From Octopus bimaculoides (lineage: Eukaryota): a DNA stretch of 42,363 nt. The DNA lies in assembly GCF_001194135.2 (NCBI RefSeq), contig NC_068997.1:39011334-39053696 (forward strand), written 5' to 3'. The translations under genes were made by a program, and so were the position numbers. Shown piece after piece: positions 36,065 through 42,363 of the stretch. The notes beneath the pieces were generated by a model. The model made no database searches. It was not told the origin of the DNA and saw nothing but the letters and a program-made list of their open reading frames with translations. Position 1 is the first letter of the stretch. The number at the start of each line of letters is the position of its first letter.

Positions 36065-36285
36065 TAGACATACACTCACGCACACACACACGCATTAATA
36101 TCTATGTACTTATGCATATATGCACACATAGGCATGCGCATACATATGCACGCATAATATATCCATCCATCCAGCCATATATATATATATATATACATAT
36201 ATGTATGTATGTATTTGTTTGTACACACACACACACATATACACATATATATTACACATGCATCCAGGGTACATATATACAACAA

Positions 36286-36880
36286 GAAGATGAGCTGCAA
36301 CAGTTTGAAGATGTGCGCAGGCTCTTTCAGACATCACATTACAGCAACACTTCCCTATGTGCAACTCTGTTCAGTTGACTGAAATAAACGACAATTATGG
36401 TTAGCAATACGTCTACCAGATTCAGCCCCACAAAAGTAGGAAACGGTAGGAAGTCCCACAGCGCAAACAACAGGGATACCAACATATAACAATTCTGGCA
36501 GGCTGGTTCCAAGTAATATAAAGGAACCAACTTCTTACTCGAGATGTTTCATTAGCAGGGCTGTGAGACATCTTGAGGAAGTAGTTGATCAATATTTCAA
36601 GAGCAGAAAGGTACAGAGGACAAAGGAGAAACATGGCAAATGAGCGTTTAGCTTTCAACTCTAACCTTTTTGGCTTTACCAAGAAACTACTTGCAGAAAA
36701 GCAAAGTGGCACATCGGGTATTCAGCTGAAGGAGTAAACACCTTTGTCTACAACACATTTGGTGACCCTGCAAGGGAACAGGTACTCGGCCAATACAAAA
36801 TGTTCATATGTCCGATGACCAAGTTTAATATAAGTGAAACCAACTGGAGGGAAGGTCAGGAAGTCGTTAAGGCAGTAAGG
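36286..36880 (+). mobile_element. Hero-like (RLE-type) non-LTR retrotransposon internal fragment, upstream of RT
   Basis: NERLAFNSNLFGFTKKLLAEKQSG (36639-36710) and TFGDPAREQVLG...WREGQEVVKA resemble the recalled pattern RAAFI.NPFGFTKQLLGQKRSG...YSD..RE..LG...EV.EVVK.AR. The clade call is from memory. Confidence 0.65.
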
Positions 36881-36967
36881 TTACCCTTTGCTTCACGGCT
36901 CAGTAGAGCACAAAATCGGCCATGCAGGGAACTACCTTGGAGAATTATCTACTTTCCTTCTGTTTTG

Positions 36968-37116
36968 TTAAGCCTTGCACTTACTTTAACAGTCTGTTTT
37001 TGCCGAGCCGCTAAGTTACGGGGGACTTAAACACACCAACATCAGTTGTCAAGCGGTGGTGGGAGACAAACACAGACACAAAGTCACACACACACATATA
37101 TATGTGTGCGTGCGTG

Positions 37117-37149
<33 letters not shown>

Positions 37150-37313
37150 GTACAACGGGCTTCCTCCAGCCTCCGTCTACCAAGTACTCTTACAAGGCTT
37201 TGGTCGGCACGAAGCTGAAGTAGAAGCCACTTGCCCTAAGTGCCACGCGTTGGTACTGAACCCGGAACCATGCAGTTAGGAAGCAAGCTTCTTACCACAG
37301 CCACGCCTTCACC
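36968..37313 (-). mobile_element. SINE family A copy (head, microsatellite, partial 3' module)
   Basis: The reverse complement has GTGGTAAGAAGCTTGCTTCC...GGTTCAGTACC...GACCAAAGCCTTGTAAGAG, then (TA)n, then CCGCTTGACAACTGATGTTGGTGTG...CTTAGCGGCTCGGCAAAA. Confidence 0.88.
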
Positions 37314-37687
37314 TATATATATATATATATATAACAGTTAATCATTACAGGACAAGCATTTCTCTTCATTTAAATTAGTCTCTTCGCTTGAGCATATTAT
37401 TATTTCTATTTTTGTTTTTACTTACTCCACTTCAGCATTAAACTTATTTAAATGAATTGAAAAGCTTGTCCTGCCTTGATTAATTGTTTTCCTTTTCTTT
37501 AAATTATACCTACTGACTCTAAGGTAAGCTACGGATCGCCGTTTCTCTCTTAACTGGGCTGTGGCTACCAAAACTCCAGCCCCAGTGTGAACTTGGATCC
37601 CAGTGGGTTATCAATTGGAGCACTCAGACCGCATACCTATTAGTTTGCGTTACCATTCACCTGTATTCTTCATCTTCTATATAAATA

Positions 37688-37795
<108 letters not shown>

Positions 37796-38032
37796 TAGCT
37801 TGTCGAAAATTATTCGTTAAGACAAACCAAAGGGAAATATAATCGGGAGTGGTCAAATCTAAGGTTGAACATAACATCTGCCACCTTCTATATTTTATGT
37901 ATGCTCGTATATGTGTTTGTGTATTTTATTAATTTGTTCAAATGTATATGAATATATATTTATCATCATATTCTTATTAGTATCAATATATACATATATA
38001 CATGTGTTTGTATATGTATATGCATATACATT

Positions 38033-38195
38033 GTGGTAAGAATCTTGCTTCCCAACAACATGGTTCCAGGTTCAGTCCCAGTACATGACACCTTGGGCAA
38101 GTGTCTTCTACTATAGCATTGAGCAGACCAAAGCCTTGTGAGTGGATTTGGTAGACAGAAGAAACTGAAAGAAGCCCGTCGTGTGTGTGTGTGTG
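38033..38195 (+). mobile_element. SINE family A head only
   Basis: TGTGGTAAGAATCTTGCTTCCCAAC...GGTTCAGTCCCAG...CACCTTGGGCAAGTGTCTTCTACTATAG...GAAAGAAGCCCGTCG. Confidence 0.9.
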
Positions 38196-38249
38196 TACAT
38201 AAATAATAATAATAGTAATAATAATAACAACAACAACAACAACAACAAT

Positions 38250-38657
38250 AATAATTCTAGGATGGAATTTATAAATATTTAATACATCGCTACGCACGTT
38301 ACCCCAAACCACATGAGTTTGACATCAGATTCGGTATTCCGGGGATTAGTACAGTATAGTCTGTATTATCCGTGGGCATCCGGTTGATCATCAGCAATGA
38401 TTCATTTCATCAGGCGATGCGGCATTATTGGGCGAATCACTGAGGGATGTTTATCCCTTCTTGCCAGTATGAAGGCCAATCTAGCTGTATCGCCTGCTCA
38501 AATGAATCATTGCTGATGATCAACCGGATGCCCACGGATAATACGGACTATACCGTACTAATCCCCGGAATACCGACTCTGTTGCCAAAATCACGTGATT
38601 TCTGGAAACGTGCGTAGCGATGTATTAATTATTCATTAATTCCATCCTAGAATTATT
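38250..38657. repeat. 408-bp foldback / long inverted repeat element
   Basis: 38250-38418 pairs with 38489-38657 with no net indel (paired coordinates sum to 76907). The central ~110 bp of each arm is nearly identical. Patchy pairing continues inward to a GGGAT-gttt-ATCCC hairpin. Confidence 0.92.
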
Positions 38658-39417
38658 GTTCTCATTATATTTATCCTACATTGTATCGGTATAACCATGA
38701 TGTAACCCCGAAAAACTGCCTCACCAGTCAGTATCATTAGACGGTAGCCGGCATAATGAAATAGGAGCTTCATTTGCATACCCCTAACATTACCTGAATG
38801 AATTTATAAGATATATATATATATATATATACAGTAGATGAGTTCCGTAAAAAAATTTGATTCAGGTCAATATGGTACTTAAGTTTAGGCACCAGAATTA
38901 AGTATGGTATTATCCATACAGTTTCAAAATAAGGTGATTAAAGTCAAAATAAGCAACAAGGATATCCAAAGTTAATGCAGTACGATCGTTTCATGCGACT
39001 CCATTTAATGAAGCAATGTGAACATTACTTCAAATATAAAATGTAGAGCAATCTTCAGCTGCATAAAGATATAGACATTTAATGAAATTACATTTAAACA
39101 GAAGGACATTTTTATAACTACATCTAAACTCTCTAAATAGAAAGGAAGAATATAAAAAACCAGTTTGACTTAGCGAGACCATACAGGCTAAGCAGATTTT
39201 TAACTGTCACTGATTTTATTTGTTTTTTTGTTTCTAATTTATGGACTATCTTATCAGACCTAGTGATTCAAATCTTAAGAGGACACTGGCATTTTCTTTG
39301 TAGGGCAAGGGGTAAACAGTATAGACTGTAAACATGGATGATATAGTTATACAATTTCTTAGGGTTTGAGGACAAAACTACTATGGTGGTGGAGGGGTCA
39401 CTACTATATATATATCT

Positions 39418-39620
39418 GTGTGTGTCTTTGTGCCTGTGCTTGTCCCCCATCACCACTTGGTGTATTTACGTCCCCATATCTTAGTGGTACGACAAAAGAA
39501 CCGATAGAATAAGTACTAAGCTTAAGAAATAACTCCTGAGGTCAATTTTGTTCGACGAAAAGCCTTTAAAGCGATGCTCCAACATGGCCCCAGTCAAATG
39601 ACTGAAACAAGTTAAGATTT
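39418..39620 (+). mobile_element. SINE family A 3' half
   Basis: TTTACGTCCCC...ACCGATAGAATAAGTACTAAG...CCAACATGGCCCCAGTCAAATGACTGAAACAAG. Confidence 0.85.
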
Positions 39621-39825
39621 AAAGTAAAATAATATATATATTTATACACGCATAATACATAACACATCCATTCATGCATACATCTCTCTCTCTCTTTCCT
39701 CTCTCTCTCTCTTTCCTCTCTCTCTCTCTTTCCTCTCTCTCTCAATATGTGTTTGTGTATACACACAAACTAATACACTTGCTTGTTTATATACCGGTCT
39801 TCGTCTTTGGTTTTCTATAAATTTG

Positions 39826-39874
<49 letters not shown>

Positions 39875-40167
39875 CATATGTATAAACATATTTCAATGAT
39901 AATAAAAGGGTATAATTAATTAATTAATTAATTGATTAATTAATAAACTAATTTTACCCTTTTATTATTATTTGAAATATAATTTACTCCCTGATCGAAA
40001 ACTGCAGTTTCTGCAGGATTACTCGTAACACACGTGGGTATTTGAGGATGAATACGTGTTCTCATTCGGCTGTATATTTTTGGAAGTGTTGGTTATATAT
40101 CAGTTATGCGATGACGCTTGATCGCGTACATATTTAATTCTAGCACTCTCAAATTCATATTTGAAAT

Positions 40168-40233
40168 GCTGCACTGATGAGGTGAAATAAGTAAGTAAAT
40201 ATAACTAGTTTAATCCCGAAACGCGTATGTAGC
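40168..40233 (+). ncRNA. Minimal type-I hammerhead ribozyme motif (PLE-type)
   Basis: GCTGCA-CTGATGA-GG...CCC-GAAA-CGCG-TA^TGTAGC: 6-bp stem I (one G.U), palindromic ACGCGT stem III, GUA triplet. Stem II has only 2 clear bp around a long AT-rich loop. Confidence 0.62.
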
Positions 40234-40528
40234 TAATCTAAGTCGTGTGGATTCGTTATTTTATTCTCTTTGCCTACGTAAAAAAAATGTGTTACTGTCT
40301 GGGAGAGATATATGGTAGCGGAATGGTATTTAACTGCTATTTCTAAATCCGGTGCGTGGCGAAGCAATTAGCTGACCCTTGATTATAATTATGCTTATGA
40401 TTATAGAATATTTGTGCATATAAACATAGATATATTTCCATACATCTCTCTCTCTCTTTCTTTCTCTCTCAGCATGTGTGTATGTGTATGCACGCACAGC
40501 CAAACAGAAAAGATTCCTTATATATAGA

Positions 40529-40557
40529 CAGGCTGCGTTAGATATTTGAGGACACAT

Positions 40558-40595
<38 letters not shown>

Positions 40596-41915
40596 NNNNN
40601 NNNNNNNNNNNNNNNNNNNNNNNNNNNNNNNNNNNNNNNNNNNNNNNNNNNNNNNNNNNNNNNNNNNNNNNNNNNNNNNNNNNNNNNNNNNNNNNNNNNN
40701 NNNNNNNNNNNNNNNNNNNNATATATATAAACAGATATATACCAAATAATACCTTTATTTATCAAAAAATAGTATGAGGGATAAAAATAAACCTTCTTTT
40801 CAATAATGTTATTCAATAAAGCCACCTTCAGCTTCAACAACTGCTTCTATATGAGATCTAAATCATCTACATGTTTGAATCAAGTGGTCTTGGTTCATTT
40901 TGGACATTACTCTGACTATGGCAGCTTTCAAAGAATCTTTGGTGCTATGGGTGTGTTCATTGACCTCTCTCACAACAACGCTCCACATGTAATTGTCCAA
41001 TGGATTGAGACCTGGGGAATTAGGAGGCCAAATGTTAGGGATTATGTGATCATGAACATTTTCAACCATCAATTTCTGTGTTGCTAGAGCCTTGTATGGT
41101 AGTGCAGATTCTTACAGAAACACATATGGCCTTCCATTGCATACACTGTCTACCCAAGGCTTAACAATTACTTCCAGGACTTCAAGGCCTTGTGAAAAGA
41201 AGTAAGGAGGCATCACATGTCCTTCATTGCTGACAACCCCTATAACCATGACCTTTGCAGGAAATTTTGTATGCATAACATTTGGAACTTCAGAAGGGTC
41301 TGCACATAACCATTTGTCATTTCTTCTCTTAACTTTTTGATCTTGGTCGAAGTTTTCCTCGTTTGAGGAAAACTAAATCAAATCTGCTGGACTTTTCAGT
41401 TTGTTTAAGAGCCTTCTAGATCTGATGTGGTGATTTTCTTTTGCTTTTACTGACAAATTGACCTTTCCTCATCATATGAGACTTATATCTGATGTCTTCG
41501 TGGACAACAGTTATGACTGTTCCTTCTGACTCATGGAGATCTTTTGCAATTGACTCCATGGACTTTCTGGGATTGTAATCAATGGGCTGTTGAATATGCT
41601 GGATAAATTCAGGTGTTCTGATGATTTTAGAGTGTTTAGAATGCTTTTAATGCTTTGATACTGGTGACACATTTTCATCTTCATTCTTTAGTTCCTTACA
41701 AACTTAGACGAAAGATCCGGCAACTTTTAAAAGTCGAGATATTTCTAAATCGCTATGCTCAGCCTTTATAACCACAATAACAGCATTCCTCTTCATTTCT
41801 TAAGTTAGCTGAGGGTCTGCCATTATTATTTTCTGAAACAGAGATTATACGGAGTTAGCAAAAAATGCAGTAATGACCCAAAAGAGGTATGTCCACAAAT
41901 ACATTACGCACCCTG
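40529..41915 (-). mobile_element. Tc1/mariner DD37D (maT-type) DNA transposon, full length, inactive
   Basis: TIRs are CAGGCTGCGTTAGATATTTGAGGACAC (40529) and GTATGTCCACAAATACATTACGCACCCTG (to 41915), followed by TA. A (TA)n run and a gap lie inside the left end. Confidence 0.88.
40809..41823 (-). pseudogene. DD37D transposase pseudogene
   Basis: MADPQLT*EMKRNAVIV..KAEHSDLEISRLLKVA...RPYVFL*ESA...WPPNSPGLNPLD...SLKAAIVRVM...GFIE*. I count 37 residues between the QQD position and PLD. Confidence 0.85.
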
Positions 41916-41964
41916 TATATATACATATACATACATACATGTGTGTGTGTGTGTATGTGCGTGT

Positions 41965-42213
41965 GTGTCTGTGTTGGTTGCCACTTGACAACCGGTGTTA
42001 GTTTGTTTACGTCCCCGTAACTTATCAGTTCAGCAAAAGAGTTCATAGAATAAGACCCAGACTTACAAAGAAAAAAACAACAAAAAACAAAACAAAACAA
42101 AACAAAATAAAACAGAACAAAAAAAGTGTACTGGGGTCGATTCATTCGACTAAATTTCTTCAAGGCGGTACCCCAGCATGGTCGCAGTCTAGTGAATGAA
42201 ACAAGTAAAATAA
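41965..42213 (+). mobile_element. SINE family A 3' half with internal (AAAAC)n expansion
   Basis: CTTGACAACCGGTGTTAG...TACGTCCCCGTAACTTA...ATAGAATAAG...CTGGGGTCGATTCATTCGACT...CCAGCATGGTCGCAGTC...GAAACAAGTAAAA. Confidence 0.85.
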
Positions 42214-42363
42214 CAAATATATATATTATTTTATTTTATTTTATTTTATTTTGTATATTGTATATCATATTATATATTGTATATTCCATATTCTATACCC
42301 CACATTAGTTCTGCAGGAATATAAATAAAACATAAAAAACAGACAGTGTTGGAACTCTTTTAA

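Overview
This is AT-rich, microsatellite-saturated animal DNA. The SINE families look like those of octopus (inference from recalled sequence, no database search). About 5 kb is N, in 13 gaps, most flanked by microsatellites, so most ORF-track entries are gap or microsatellite artefacts. No intact host gene can be supported. The window is a layered transposon graveyard: two tRNA-derived SINE families (about 12 fragments), two R4/Dong-like RT-RLE LINE relics, a Hero-like LINE relic, an ORF1-only (zinc-knuckle) retroelement, a Penelope-like element (PLE), DD41D and DD37D Tc1/mariner transposons with both TIRs, a pogo-like relic and three MITEs. The most notable unannotated signals are: (1) at least five minimal type-I hammerhead ribozyme motifs, one nearly intact at 27422-27466 (-); (2) a 408-bp near-complete foldback hairpin at 38250-38657; (3) a perfect 202-bp palindrome running into a gap; (4) weak minus-strand exon candidates at 5.2-9.0 kb.
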